A stretch of 63,912 bases of DNA, filler included, from Octopus bimaculoides (taxonomy: Eukaryota), in assembly GCF_001194135.2 (NCBI RefSeq). It is 7 parts of 7 records of this genome, joined end to end, with 100 filler letters (N's around TTAATTAATTAA, not from the genome) between each part and the next. Parts side by side here need not be neighbours in the genome. Positions count along the whole stretch, not along the records: positions 11,270 to 29,163 come from NC_068999.1; positions 29,264 to 40,467 come from NC_068989.1; 5 more parts are not named here. One strand, 5' to 3'. Both the position numbers and the translations under genes were made by a program. How positions within the stretch are numbered: the stretch's first letter is position 1; each line of letters begins with the position of its first letter. The notes below the pieces were generated by a model, which was not told the origin of the DNA, did not search any database, and was given only the letters and a program-made list of their open reading frames with translations. This document shows, piece after piece, positions 25,331 through 38,542 of this stretch.

Positions 25331-26064
25331 TCTGTGTGTGTGTGTGTGTGTGTGTGTTTGTGTATATGTATTTTTAAATGTGTGTGCAAGTATGAATATA
25401 TAAGGGAATACTTGTGATGATTTGTGTGTATGTGTTTCTAAAAACGTGTGTCAATGATTATCAGTGTTTGTGTATGCGTGTCTTTAAATGTATTTGTGCA
25501 TGTGTATGCGTATACGTGTCTTTCAATGTGCATATATTTTGGCATGTGTGTGTGCGTGCGTGCGTGCGTGAGCGTGTGTGTGTGTGTGTGTACGCTTATA
25601 GTNNNNNNNNNNNNNNNNNNNNNNNNNNNNNNNNNNNNNNNNNNNNNNNNNNNNNNNNNNNNNNNNNNNNNNNNNNNNNNNNNNNNNNNNNNNNNNNNNN
25701 NNNNNNNNNNNNNNNNNNNNNNNNNNNNNNNNNNNNNNNNNNNNNNNNNNNNNNNNNNNNNNNNNNNNNNNNNNNNNNNNNNNNNNNNNNNNNNNNNNNN
25801 NNNNNNNNNNNNNNNNNNNNNNNNNNNNNNNNNNNNNNNNNNNNNNNNNNNNNNNNNNNNNNNNNNNNNNNNNNNNNNNNNNNNNNNNNNNNNNNNNNNN
25901 NNNNNNNNNNNNNNNNNNNNNNNNNNNNNNNNNNNNNNNNNNNNNNNNNNNNNNNNNNNNNNNNNNNNNNNNNNNNNNNNNNNNNNNNNNNNNNNNNNNN
26001 NNNNNNNNNNNNNNNNNNNNNNNNNNNNNNNNNNNNNNNNNNNNNNNNNNNNNNNNNNNNNNNN

Positions 26065-26101
<37 letters not shown>

Positions 26102-26489
26102 GCACATATGTGTATATATAAATATACATATGTATGTACATACACGTGTGTGCACACATACACATATGTATGTGCATACATACACACACACATATATATA
26201 TATGCATATATAGGTGCATGTAGCCATAAGTATATGCATGTATATGTATATACATGCATGCATATGTATAGTCATATACGTACGTATACACAGATGTGTG
26301 TATATATAAATACATATACATGCATATATATATACATATATATATATATACATACACATAAATACATGCAAATATATATATATGTGTGTGTGTGTATATA
26401 TATGTATATATATATGTATGAATACATATGGGTATATATACACGTATTTACATATATGCGTAGGTCTGTTTGTGCATGTATGTATATGA

Positions 26490-26532
<43 letters not shown>

Positions 26533-27129
26533 CACGTGTTTACATTTTTGCACACGCGCTATATAAATATTATGCAGAATATGGCGTGTATTGAATCGGA
26601 TTTTGTTTTTGTTCTTTTGATTTTTGTCCAGATTTTAATTCTAATTCTTAAACTATAATCTTAAACGCGAAAAGAAAAAAAAAAGGCATCCAAAAATAAG
26701 CACATTTCTTTTCAAAGAGATATTTCCTTGGAGCAAGAAAAATTGGGGATTGTTCTTCTAAAATCCATTGAAACTGTTCTGGCGTTTTAGGCAGAGTCCT
26801 GGCTTTGTTATTTGATATCAGCAGATAAGAGCATTGGAAGATGCATTGAGTAGAGAAGACGGCGGTATTTCATCTTCAATAAATTCTTGACTAGAATTCA
26901 TAAGAAGCTCGAGACAACGATCCCTAATTTTTTTACAACCTACGACGAAACATTTTCATTTATACTTTTTTATTATCTATCTATTTATTCATTGCAAAAA
27001 AGAATCATGTTTCCATTCCTTTACTTTCCGCAGGAAGGATTTTAAGTCAAGAATTCTTGGTCAAGCTATACTAATAATTATTATTATTTTCTACTATATG
27101 CATATGGCTTGAAAATTGTGTGTGAGTGG

Positions 27130-27203
27130 GGAGGGAGCTAATCGATTATATCGATACCAGTGTTCAACTATTACTTATTTTATCGACTCCGAAAGGATGA
27201 AAA
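27130..27203 (-). mobile_element. SINE family A, internal fragment
   Basis: atcgattatatcgataccag...ttttatcgactccgaaaggatgaaaagcaaa matches the A body. Confidence 0.75.
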
Positions 27204-28447
27204 GCAAATACCGACAGGGCACAGAAAGTGTGTCAATAGCCAGCTGGATGAGATGTTCTCCTGGGGCTAAAAGTAACAGTAGCATCCACCCTTAGGGTCT
27301 AGCCGCATTTAAGTGGCAAATATACTTTACGTTGTCGTGCAGTTACTGTTTATACCTCGTTCAGAGATTTAACATATATATATATATATCTATATATAGT
27401 TTTAGGGAAAATAACCAAGTTTCAAGAACTCATGTCCCTAATATTATTATCTATATATATATATATATATATATATATANNNNNNNNNNNNNNNNNNNNN
27501 NNNNNNNNNNNNNNNNNNNNNNNNNNNNNNNNNNNNNNNNNNNNNNNNNNNNNNNNNNNNNNNNNNNNNNNNNNNNNNNNNNNNNNNNNNNNNNNNNNNN
27601 NNNNNNNNNNNNNNNNNNNNNNNNNNNNNNNNNNNNNNNNNNNNNNNNNNNNNNNNNNNNNNNNNNNNNNNNNNNNNNNNNNNNNNNNNNNNNNNNNNNN
27701 NNNNNNNNNNNNNNNNNNNNNNNNNNNNNNNNNNNNNNNNNNNNNNNNNNNNNNNNNNNNNNNNNNNNNNNNNNNNNNNNNNNNNNNNNNNNNNNNNNNN
27801 NNNNNNNNNNNNNNNNNNNNNNNNNNNNNNNNNNNNNNNNNNNNNNNNNNNNNNNNNNNNNNNNNNNNNNNNNNNNNNNNNNNNNNNNNNNNNNNNNNNN
27901 NNNNNNNNNNNNNNNNNNNNNNNNNNNNNNNNNNNNNNNNNNNNNNNNNNNNNNNNNNNNNNNNNNNNNNNNNNNNNNNNNNNNNNNNNNNNNNNNNNNN
28001 NNNNNNNNNNNNNNNNNNNNNNNNNNNNNNNNNNNNNNNNNNNNNNNNNNNNNNNNNNNNNNNNNNNNNNNNNNNNNNNNNNNNNNNNNNNNNNNNNNNN
28101 NNNNNNNNNNNNNNNNNNNNNNNNNNNNNNNNNNNNNNNNNNNNNNNNNNNNNNNNNNNNNNNNNNNNNNNNNNNNNNNNNNNNNNNTATATATATATAT
28201 ATATATTTATATACACACACACAGAAGCTCACACACATACAGAAAATGAGATTTATAAATATATAGAGTTATATGTGCTCGCGTATGGGTGTATGAAACG
28301 TTCTATTCTCCCTCCCATTCACCACCATCTATCTATTTTTCCTGCAAGCAATACACGATGAGTCTGTCGAGCGCCTGGACTATATCTCATGTGGTTTCAT
28401 TAATGTGTTTTCATTGACAGACCTGTGTGTCCTCGTACGTATCCGTA

Positions 28448-28496
<49 letters not shown>

Positions 28497-28506
28497 NNNN
28501 NNNNNN

Positions 28507-28544
<38 letters not shown>

Positions 28545-29082
28545 CACATAGATATACGTGCGCATGCGTGCGTGTGCGTGTGTACATTATAATTTGGCTG
28601 GGGGCTTTGCCAAATTAGGTTTTGAAAAGAATCAAATTACTTCAGTATTGACTACATCGTTATTGTGTATGCCTGTTAATTTGTTGTTTTACTGTTTTGT
28701 AAAGACGCTTGTTTGATGTTATGTTGCCTGTTATTTAAGTGTTGTTTGTGTGTCTCTGTGTCTCGCTGCTAGCTTTAAAGCAGGTTCGTTGATTCGTTTA
28801 TTGGGTGCCTCTTGTTTGCATGTCTGATGGGAGTATCTGTTTGTTTGTTAACTGAACTATATAGATTTCTATGTTTATATTTATTTGCTTGTTCGTTACA
28901 ACGAGTCGGTTTTGTTTTTGTTTTGTTTTCATTTTTGTCATTGTTCTTGTCTTGTTTTTTTTTTACTTTCGCAAATTTAGTTCAGATAATGGATTTTAGC
29001 AAATCGTAGAGACAATACACTCACTCATACGCATATACCAATATACACATAAACACACATACATATGTGTATGTCTGCGTGC

Positions 29083-29117
<35 letters not shown>

Positions 29118-29263
29118 ATATATATGTGTATATACAAGCACATATATATATATATATATATATNNNNNNNNNNNNNNNNNNNNNNNNNNNNNNNNNNNNN
29201 NNNNNNNTTAATTAATTAANNNNNNNNNNNNNNNNNNNNNNNNNNNNNNNNNNNNNNNNNNNN

Positions 29264-29523
29264 AATCCTGGACCGAGCGACGCGTTGTGTTCTTGAGCAA
29301 AACACTTCATTTCGCGTTGCTCCAGTTCACTCAGCTGGCAAAAATGAGTAACGCTGCGATGGACTGGCGTCCCGTCCAGTTGGGCAACACATTCACCATT
29401 GAAACCGAGAAACCGGGCCCATGAGCCTGGCTAGGCTTTAAAAGAAGTGCAGGGACGATTAGTTCGACTGAATAAGGCGGTGCCCCAGTGTGGCCGTAGT
29501 CCAATAACTGAAACAAGTAAAAG
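29264..29523 (+). mobile_element. SINE related to family C, ending in a family-B-type tail
   Basis: Starts like 30575-30660 (ttgtgttcttgagcaa...ctccagttcactcagctg). Ends with aggcggtgccccagtgtggccg...actgaaacaagtaaaag, as in B. Confidence 0.75.
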
Positions 29524-29525
29524 TC

Positions 29526-29565
<40 letters not shown>

Positions 29566-29599
29566 TTGTGTATTCGTTCTTTTCTTTTAAATTATTTAC

Positions 29600-29815
29600 A
29601 GTGGAAATGATAAAAATTCACTGGGGAAATTGGCACGAAACGAGGTTTGGAAAAAAATGCGCGAAAACGACCTTTGAGGGAAGAAAACATATTGAGATAA
29701 AGAAACAAAGATAATAGAGATGAAACAGAAACGCAGAAGATACTTAGGAATTAATGACCTAAGTACAGTAGGGCAGACACGCATGAACAAAATGGCGATG
29801 AAGGTATATTTCAGA
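29600..29815 (+). mobile_element. Possible RTE LINE C-terminal relic
   Basis: Frameshifted IKIHWG / LARNEVWKKMRE / IIEMKQKRRRYLG resembles RTE I.W...I.NE.LW...I..RR.R..G. Confidence 0.35.
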
Positions 29816-30117
29816 TGTATTAGATTAACACCTTAGACTGCGTCAAATGCCAAAAATAAGGCAATAGATATGAAGGTTCTAGCTGTCCCTGTATAAAATA
29901 ATAATATTCTCAGTGTGGCTATGTGCTTCAGAAGTTAATTTTGTAATCATGTTATTCTGAGTTCGATACCACTCCATCCCCCAAACATCTTCATGAGTTA
30001 AAAAAGTACCCTGAAAAAAACTTATCTTTTTCCATAGTATTTCGTCGGTCTAAGCCTTCTGAATGGAATGACTGAGTAGAGATAGAAACCCACTATTAAT
30101 TTCTTGGATGGACAGGT

Positions 30118-30225
30118 AAGGAGAACGACAGAACCATTTGCGCGTCGAACAAAATGCTTAGCGGCAGATTTCATCGATGTCAACTTTGCCTGTTATCCTT
30201 TCGGGGTCGATAAAAGAAAGTACTA
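30118..30225 (+). mobile_element. SINE family A, degenerate fragment
   Basis: aaaatgcttagcggc...tcaactttgcctgttatcctttcggggtcgataaaa. Confidence 0.75.
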
Positions 30226-30523
30226 AATTCAAGTACGAGCTGTAGCATAATCGCACGGTAATTTATTCAATCAGGACACGCCGGTTTTAAATGAATACTT
30301 GCGTAGTTCGGTACTTACTGTGTGGCTGGTTACTATGACGATGAAATTTCTTAACCTCGTGTTTCAGTCGAATCCTCACAGCCATGTACAAAAATTGCGA
30401 TGCAAATAAGGTACAAACACACGGATATATGCAGAAACACATACAAAAACACAATAAGAAACATTGTAAGTTCGTCAGAAGAAGATTTTCTAGTTTATAT
30501 AAACGTAGCTCAGTATCGGTGAA

Positions 30524-30857
30524 GGCGCGTGGCTCAGTGGTTAGAGCGTCGAGCTTACGATCGTGAGGTTGTGAGTTCGATTCTCGGACCGGGCTGCGTG
30601 TTGTGTTCTTGAGCAAGACACTTTATTTTACGTTACTCCAGTTAAACTCAGCTGTAGAAATGAGCTGTGATATCACTGGTGCCAAGCTGTATCGGCCCCT
30701 TTGTCTTTCCCTTGGATAACATCAGTGGCATGGAGAGGGAAGGCCGGTATGCATGGGCGACTGCTGGCCTTCCACAAACAACCTTGCCCGGACTTGTGCC
30801 TCGGGTGGTAACTATCTAGGTGAAATCCCATGGTCATTCATGACCGAAGGGGGTCAC
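30524..30857 (+). mobile_element. SINE family C, full length, tRNA-derived head
   Basis: GGCGCGTGGCTCAGTGG (A box) ... GAGTTCGATTC (B box), followed by ~260 bp of non-tRNA body. Anticodon stem does not pair. Probably one of the published octopus OK/OR1/OR2 families, not assigned. Confidence 0.9.
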
Positions 30858-31557
30858 CCACCCTTGTACTCAATATCATCGAGAAACTATTTAATAGTGT
30901 GACCATTTGAAATGGAACCTTAAACCAAGTTTCCATATCAGCTGTAATAGATACATGCATACGCCATCTGCAAGAAAAGACTGTACTGAAATAGACTTAG
31001 AAAATCCCTCTCTTATGAAATACATTCATAAATACCAACCAAAGGATACTGGGGAAATATTCCCATCAAAACTTTCATCAAATGTAAACATAACAAGCCG
31101 GATATTGTTATTTGGGACAGAGGGGCAAAGGTATGTACCATCATAGAGGTCATGCTCTGCAGATATAAATATCTCAAAGGAAATGAAGATATCTATTGAC
31201 AACTGTTTCGAAATCTCCAGCTTCTGTATCCAGACTATGAATTCATATTCATACCAATAATAAATTGGAGCACTAGGTTTTGTTAGTAAATGCTTAAATG
31301 AGAATCTGAATAAACAGGGATTTTCAGAAAGAGAAATCCATTGGCTGATTCGTACTTTACATGTTTGTAAAGGTGGTTGTGTATGCGTATATGTGCAAGT
31401 GATTTTTATGTGTGTGTATGTGTGTGTGTGTATGTGTGTTATCTATAAATGTATACGCTTATATGTAAGTGTGATGTTTAGACATGTTTGTAAAGATGGT
31501 TGTGCATGAGTGTAGTGTATGTGCAGAAGGTTTTTTGGTATGTTTGTATGGATGTGT

Positions 31558-31614
<57 letters not shown>

Positions 31615-31821
31615 CGAGCGTGTGTTTGTATATGGTCTTATATGTATGTCTATGTGTGATTCTGTATACGTATGTCTATGTTTCGTATTATATGGGCAGG
31701 TGTAGTCCTCCATATACCTGTATGGAATCCTGAGTATGTATAGGNNNNNNNNNNGTCCTCCATATACCTGTATGGAATCCTGAGTATGTATAGGAATTTA
31801 TGTGTCATCAGCATCCTTCTG

Positions 31822-32007
31822 TAATGATATAGCGATTATATTCTGCAACAAATGAATATAACTCTACATCTAGTATTGAGTACTCGTCTTTCTGTCTTTA
31901 TTTTCCACTTTTTTCGTGTTTAAAGCACGCATGCACACATATGCATATATGTACGAATATGTATGTGTCTATGTAATACAAATCAATCAATCTTTCTCTC
32001 TCTCTTC
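31822..32007 (+). repeat. 186-bp local direct repeat, copy 1
   Basis: About 90% identical by eye to 34095-34280. Confidence 0.9.
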
Positions 32008-32107
32008 CTCTCTTCCTCTCTCAATTATTCGGTAGCTATGATAAAGCTCCCAGTTTCGGATACCGGGGCGGAAACCCATGCCGCTATCTCTCCACTCGCA
32101 TGGGTTT

Positions 32108-32260
32108 GGTCGGACCAAGGTTCTGTGAGTGGAACAATAAAAATATGCAAGACTTTTCTCAAGTTTCAAATGTGAATTTGTCTGTGTTAACTACATCCCA
32201 AAGATGGAGCCTTGTATCTTTATTGGAAACCGGGTCTCTCCTCATTGGAAGATTTATAAT
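32108..32260 (+). mobile_element. R4/Dong-type retrotransposon 3' end
   Basis: Codes ...SVSGTIKICKTFLKFQM*, a C-terminus I recognise as typical of REL-endonuclease non-LTR elements, followed by a short 3' UTR. Confidence 0.65.
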
Positions 32261-33411
32261 AATTAAAAAACATACATAATTACCTACATACATACATACA
32301 TACAAACGCACATGCATGCATACACACATACAAACATACATATATATGCATATACATACATACATGCATGTATACATGCACCCCCCACACATATATTCAC
32401 AGAGGGATATATGTATATGGGATAACATACATACACAAACTTACACATATACGCGCACTGACTCGACTCACACTAACACGTATACATACACACATATATG
32501 TGAGTGTGTGTGTTTATATTTATCTATGTTTGTATATATACGTATACGCACATACACACACACATACTCGTATCTGTTTGCGTATGTATGCGCATATATG
32601 TATATACAAACATATTCCACCATATATGTATAACTATACATGAATATTCACGCATATATATANNNNNNNNNNNNNNNNNNNNNNNNNNNNNNNNNNNNNN
32701 NNNNNNNNNNNNNNNNNNNNNNNNNNNNNNNNNNNNNNNNNNNNNNNNNNNNNNNNNNNNNNNNNNNNNNNNNNNNNNNNNNNNNNNNNNNNNNNNNNNN
32801 NNNNNNNNNNNNNNNNNNNNNNNNNNNNNNNNNNNNNNNNNNNNNNNNNNNNNNNNNNNNNNNNNNNNNNNNNNNNNNNNNNNNNNNNNNNNNNNNNNNN
32901 NNNNNNNNNNNNNNNNNNNNNNNNNNNNNNNNNNNNNNNNNNNNNNNNNNNNNNNNNNNNNNNNNNNNNNNNNNNNNNNNNNNNNNNNNNNNNNNNNNNN
33001 NNNNNNNNNNNNNNNNNNNNNNNNNNNNNNNNNNNNNNNNNNNNNNNNNNNNNNNNNNNNNNNNNNNNNNNNNNNNNNNNNNNNNNNNNNNNNNNNNNNN
33101 NNNNNNNNNNNNNNNNNNNNNNNNNNNNNNNNNNNNNNNNNNNNNNNNNNNNNNNNNNNNNNNNNNNNNNNNNNNNNNNNNNNNNNNNNNNNNNNNNNNN
33201 NNNNNNNNNNNNNNNNNNNNNNNNNNNNNNNNNNNNNNNNNNNNNNNNNNNNNNNNNNNNNNNNNNNNNNNNNNNNNNNNNNNNNNNNNNNNNNNNNNNN
33301 NNNNNNNNNNNNNNNNNNNNNNNNNNNNNNNNNNNNNNNNNNNNNNNNNNNNNNNNNNNNNNNNNNNNNNNNNNNNNNNNNNNNNNNNNNNNNNNNNNNN
33401 NNNNNNNNNNN

Positions 33412-33496
<85 letters not shown>

Positions 33497-34094
33497 CACA
33501 ATTTTTGTTTATACACACAATTTTAGTTTATGCATTTTACCATATAATCACTGAGAGTGCTCCACAATTTAAGAGGTAGTCGGAGCTATGACTTATGACC
33601 AAGTTAAATAACGTATATACATCTATCTATCTATCTATCTATCTATCCTATATACGCACACACACACATACACACATATATATACATATGTATGTATATA
33701 TATATGCATGCATACATATGTAGGTCTACTTCCCTACATCCGCATGTAGCTGTGTGTATGCACACACACACACACACACAAACACACACTCACGCGCACA
33801 CACATAAAGCACGCGTATATATGTATATAAGTCTCTGCGTCTCTACGCATGCGCTTGTGCATGCACAAAAATGCGAATGTTGTAAGACATGCCAGTCCAT
33901 TTTTACTTACTTGCAGAATGTTTTTATTTTGTCTACGTAAGTAATATCGATTATTTTTCTTGTCTAATCCCACGAGTATTTTTCACAATAATGTATGCAG
34001 AATTCATCACAAATTTACAATATTCTATTCTTGTAAAGCAGAATATATAACTTAAACCTGCTCATTTATATATTGACCCGGTGTTGGCAAAATC

Positions 34095-34280
34095 TAATGA
34101 TATAGCGATTATATTCCGCAACCAATGAATATAACTCTACATCTAGTATTGAGTACTCGTTTTACTGTCTTCATTTTCAACTTTTTTCATGTTTACAGCA
34201 CACATGCACACATATGCATATATGTATGAATATGTATGTGTCTATGTAATATAAATCAATCAATCTTTCTCTCTCTCTTC
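34095..34280 (+). repeat. 186-bp local direct repeat, copy 2
   Basis: See 31822-32007. Confidence 0.9.
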
Positions 34281-34293
34281 TTCTCTCTCCCTC

Positions 34294-34338
<45 letters not shown>

Positions 34339-35018
34339 NNNNNNNNNNNNNNNNNNNNNNNNNNNNNNNNNNNNNNNNNNNNNNNNNNNNNNNNNNNNNN
34401 NNNNNNNNNNNNNNNNNNNNNNNNNNNNNNNNNNNNNNNNNNNNNNNNNNNNNNNNNNNNNNNNNNNNNNNNNNNNNNNNNNNNNNNNNNNNNNNNNNNN
34501 NNNNNNNNNNNNNNNNNNNNNNNNNNNNNNNNNNNNNNNNNNNNNNNNNNNNNNNNNNNNNNNNNNNNNNNNNNNNNNNNNNNNNNNNNNNNNNNNNNNN
34601 NNNNNNNNNNNNNNNNNNNNNNNNNNNNNNNNNNNNNNNNNNNNNNNNNNNNNNNNNNNNNNNNNNNNNNNNNNNNNNNNNNNNNNNNNNNNNNNNNNNN
34701 NNNNNNNNNNNNNNNNNNNNNNNNNNNNNNNNNNNNNNNNNNNNNNNNNNNNNNNNNNNNNNNNNNNNNNNNNNNNNNNNNNNNNNNNNNNNNNNNNNNN
34801 NNNNNNNNNNNNNNNNNNNNNNNNNNNNNNNNNNNNNNNNNNNNNNNNNNNNNNNNNNNNNNNNNNNNNNNNNNNNNNNNNNNNNNNNNNNNNNNNNNNN
34901 NNNNNNNNNNNNNNNNNNNNNNNNNNNNNNNNNNNNNNNNNNNNNNNNNNNNNNNNNNNNNNNNNNNNNNNNNNNNNNNNNNNNNNNNNNNNNNNNNNNN
35001 NNNNNNNNNNNNNNNNNT

Positions 35019-35267
35019 GAAGCATATTCTGTTGTGTCTGGGGAGAGTCATTTTCTTATTGTGCCTTAAAATTTAACACACTCACCGGTAAAATTTCCAC
35101 TTATTTATTTTTATTTTCCTAGTCAAGACTATTGAAAAGGTTGCAAGACGCAACGAAAATTTTAGGAAAATAAAAATAAGAAATAAGTGGAAATTTTACC
35201 GGTGAGTGTGTTAATTTTAAGGCACAATAAGAAAATGACTCTCCCCAGACACAACAGAATATGCTTC
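35019..35267. repeat. Long inverted repeat (103/105-bp arms, 41-bp spacer)
   Basis: 35019-35121 is the reverse complement of 35163-35267 except for a 1-nt and a 3-nt indel. The left arm is cut by a gap. Confidence 0.95.
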
Positions 35268-35386
35268 AACACACGAAATCACATAAAAAATCTTGGAAAC
35301 CAAAACCAAAAACGAAATATACACATATACAAATATATATATACATATATATATACATACAGATATATATAGACAAATATACATAT

Positions 35387-35419
<33 letters not shown>

Positions 35420-36390
35420 CATATAGTCATATACAAAACCACACACACATATAGGAAACTCTCTGTCGCTCTCTGTCTCTCTCTCTGTCTCTCTCTCACA
35501 CACACATACACACACACACATACTAAACCATATATATGTATATGCACAGAGGGGCACTTTTGCAAACATACATGAAATGATATACATACTGACTTCCATA
35601 CACATATACATCGTCAGTTCAAGCGCATTAAAATGCCATACAGACGAACGGTCGCGTACATGCATATATTAAAACGAGTGAACGTGCAGATATCTGGGTA
35701 GAGAAATACACAATCACAAATATACATATGACATCAAACACACACGCACACACACATACACACACACATACACACACACGCACAAGCATTCCCACGCANN
35801 NNNNNNNNNNNNNNNNNNNNNNNNNNNNNNNNNNNNNNNNNNNNNNNNNNNNNNNNNNNNNNNNNNNNNNNNNNNNNNNNNNNNNNNNNNNNNNNNNNAC
35901 ATCGCTTGACAGCCGATGCTGGTGTGTTTACGTCTCCGTAATTTGTGTTTTATCTTCCATCTTAATTAGTTCTTCAATTATATCATTTGTATATAATATA
36001 TTTTTTCAACTGAAAAGCAAATGATGAAAAACATTAGCACATAATAACAATTATTTTGCTCAACATCGGAAAAAAGAATATTATTTTTACAGCCTAATTC
36101 TTATTGTAGTGTACTAACACATATATATGAATAAAGTTAGAATCTCAGTGTATAGATATTCATTCTTTTCCGCCTAGTCTGAAGATAATATAACTAGAAA
36201 ATTATCAGATGGATTATATCAAATCTAGAGAAATATTCGAAAATTGGAAAATATGGTAAGAAAAAAACCTTAATTACAAAGAAAGTAGAGCTTACAAAGA
36301 AAAACTTACTAATCTGAATTTAATATATTCAAATTAGATAATACTAATTGTTTGTATTAACGCGACAAAAATTTTGTTGGCTAGTGTTAT

Positions 36391-36457
36391 CTTTCTTCGT
36401 TCCTGTTTGGCCAACCCGCCGCCATCTTCTAAATTATTTCCTTTGTCGAAGGTAAAA
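36391..36457 (+). promoter_or_regulatory. Possible non-coding first exon with YY1 motif
   Basis: Pyrimidine-rich start ctttcttcgttcc, GCCGCCATCTT at 36418-36428, and AAG|GTAAAA donor at 36452. Confidence 0.2.
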
Positions 36458-36474
36458 TATCATAATGTTGGTTG

Positions 36475-36619
36475 GTGAGAAGTAGGGGATTTTTAAAGTG
36501 GTTACGGGTTCAATCTCACTGCGCGGCACACTGAGTAAGTATCTTCTGCTATAGCCTTAGGCCTACTAATGCTTTGTTCGTGAATTTGGTTGACGGAAAC
36601 TATTTGGATTCCTATTTAG

Positions 36620-36661
<42 letters not shown>

Positions 36662-36759
36662 GGTGGGTGGGAGTGTCTATGTGTACGTGTGTATGAGTGT
36701 GTCTGTATGTGGTTTGTGGTATATGTGTGTGTCTGTGTCTATGTGCATGTGTATGCGTG

Positions 36760-36836
<77 letters not shown>

Positions 36837-37020
36837 CTGTATGTATCCAACTGCCACAGCGTGATAAATAGTTCTAGTTGTTTTACGTACCCGTAACTTA
36901 GCAGTTCGTTGAAAATGATAAATATAAGATATACACTGGAGACGATTTGTTCAATTAAACCTTTTAAGACGGTGTCCCAGCATGGCCGTACTCCAATGAC
37001 TGAAACAAGTGAAAGACAAA
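36475..37020 (+). mobile_element. SINE family B, degenerate full-length copy with expanded internal microsatellite
   Basis: 5' half ~36475-36600, (TA)n/(GT)n interior, 3' half ~36845-37020. Confidence 0.8.
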
Positions 37021-37447
37021 AGAAAAATGATTTAAGATACCTTGCAACAAAGTCAAGGTCTCGCTACCTTGTTTTGGTCTCACGTTACACATTACACGCC
37101 ATTTTCAGCGTCATAAAACATTCAACGAAATCAGTAAACTTGGACTTGCGGAAAACTCTAATCTAGATAAGCTGAGATGCTTTACAAGGTAGAAAAATGT
37201 TTCTGACTTATCAGAACAAAACATCATCCATAATAAAACAGAACATTACGTGATATATTATAAACGTAATGATATTTATTATCTCTCTAACAGAATATCG
37301 AATAACACACAGGCTTATTAAACAACGAAATATCACTTGTAGAAATCAAATTATTTCCAAGAAAAATACCATCAAATACCTTTCGCTGAAGAAATTCTCT
37401 CTCTCTCACACACACATTCAAACATAGACACGTATAAAAAAATATAA

Positions 37448-37545
<98 letters not shown>

Positions 37546-37744
37546 GATATCCAGAGATTTTCAGTATAGAAGACATTTAGTAGTGATCAAACGGTTCAAA
37601 CTTAGACTCCCGTGTCTTTACTGAGGATCGATTCTGCATGGTAAAGGATGGCTGTAAGAAGGATCACGTCGAGCGGACATAGATGTAATTATGCAGATAA
37701 ACAAATCTGATATATTAAGTATAGTATAACAATTTAGGTAATTA

Positions 37745-37990
37745 ATATAAATTATGTATATATGTATACATGCAAAACGAGAGAAAGCAAAAGGTGGAGA
37801 CTTTCGGACGATGAATATTTAAGTATAAATATAAATGTGTAACATGTGATATAATTAAAAACAGGGCAAACTTAAAGCCATTTCTCCGCAGACTGAAAAG
37901 AAAAAAACGAACAATCTCAATCGATTTTAGAACCTTATTGGGTTCTCATCAGAGGTGTCTACAACATTCTGATAGTCTCCAAAGAATCAA
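37745..37990 (-). mobile_element. Possible Penelope-like fragment with degenerate hammerhead core
   Basis: Minus strand CUGAUGA-GAACC(CAAUAA)GGUUC-UAA-AAUCGAUU at 37916-37955. Confidence 0.35.
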
Positions 37991-38542
37991 GCAGTCAAAA
38001 TGTTTATATACATAACAAATGCAGCAGTTACTCTATGAAGGGGTCCCTAATTTGCACATTCAAAATGTTTAACACTACTTAAATACCAGTGATAGATCCA
38101 ACTTATACAGAGTACAAATGGCAGAGAAAATTAAAGGGTTGGAAATAAAGGTGTTATAAGTTCAACAGCTGTCTATGCGGGCTTGGTGATCCATGATAAT
38201 GTTGGTAGATGAACTGGGGGTCTCAGAAAGATTTACCCATTGATAATTCTTAATTATTCGAAATAATCTTAAAGGAGGATAATGAAATTTGGCCCTGTCA
38301 AACCATTGCAGTAATTACATTTCAAAATGAAGCCTTTCGCCTTGACCATAAACTTGCAAGCGAGCGGTCACTGAGTTACGTGAGCTCCGTACCACCACTT
38401 TATCTAATTTGACCCATGAAGACAGAAGGGCTTTCTTCAGATGTGATACATTTGAGTAAGAAAATACAAACCCATAAATAATACACAATATATAATGTGG
38501 TTAGCTTATGTATATATAATGTTTAATACATCGCTTTGTCAA

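Noticed and set aside
30524-30595. tRNA gene (Arg/Val-like)
   Set aside because: A and B boxes are present, but the anticodon and acceptor stems do not pair and the sequence continues into a SINE body.
31705-31794. Exact 40-bp direct repeat
   Set aside because: It flanks a 10-N gap, the typical overlap of unmerged contig ends (assembly artefact).
32072-32118. 10-bp hairpin plus small palindrome next to the R4-like fragment as an HDV-like ribozyme
   Set aside because: Only 16 nt separate the stem arms, too short for P3/P1/P4; probably incidental.
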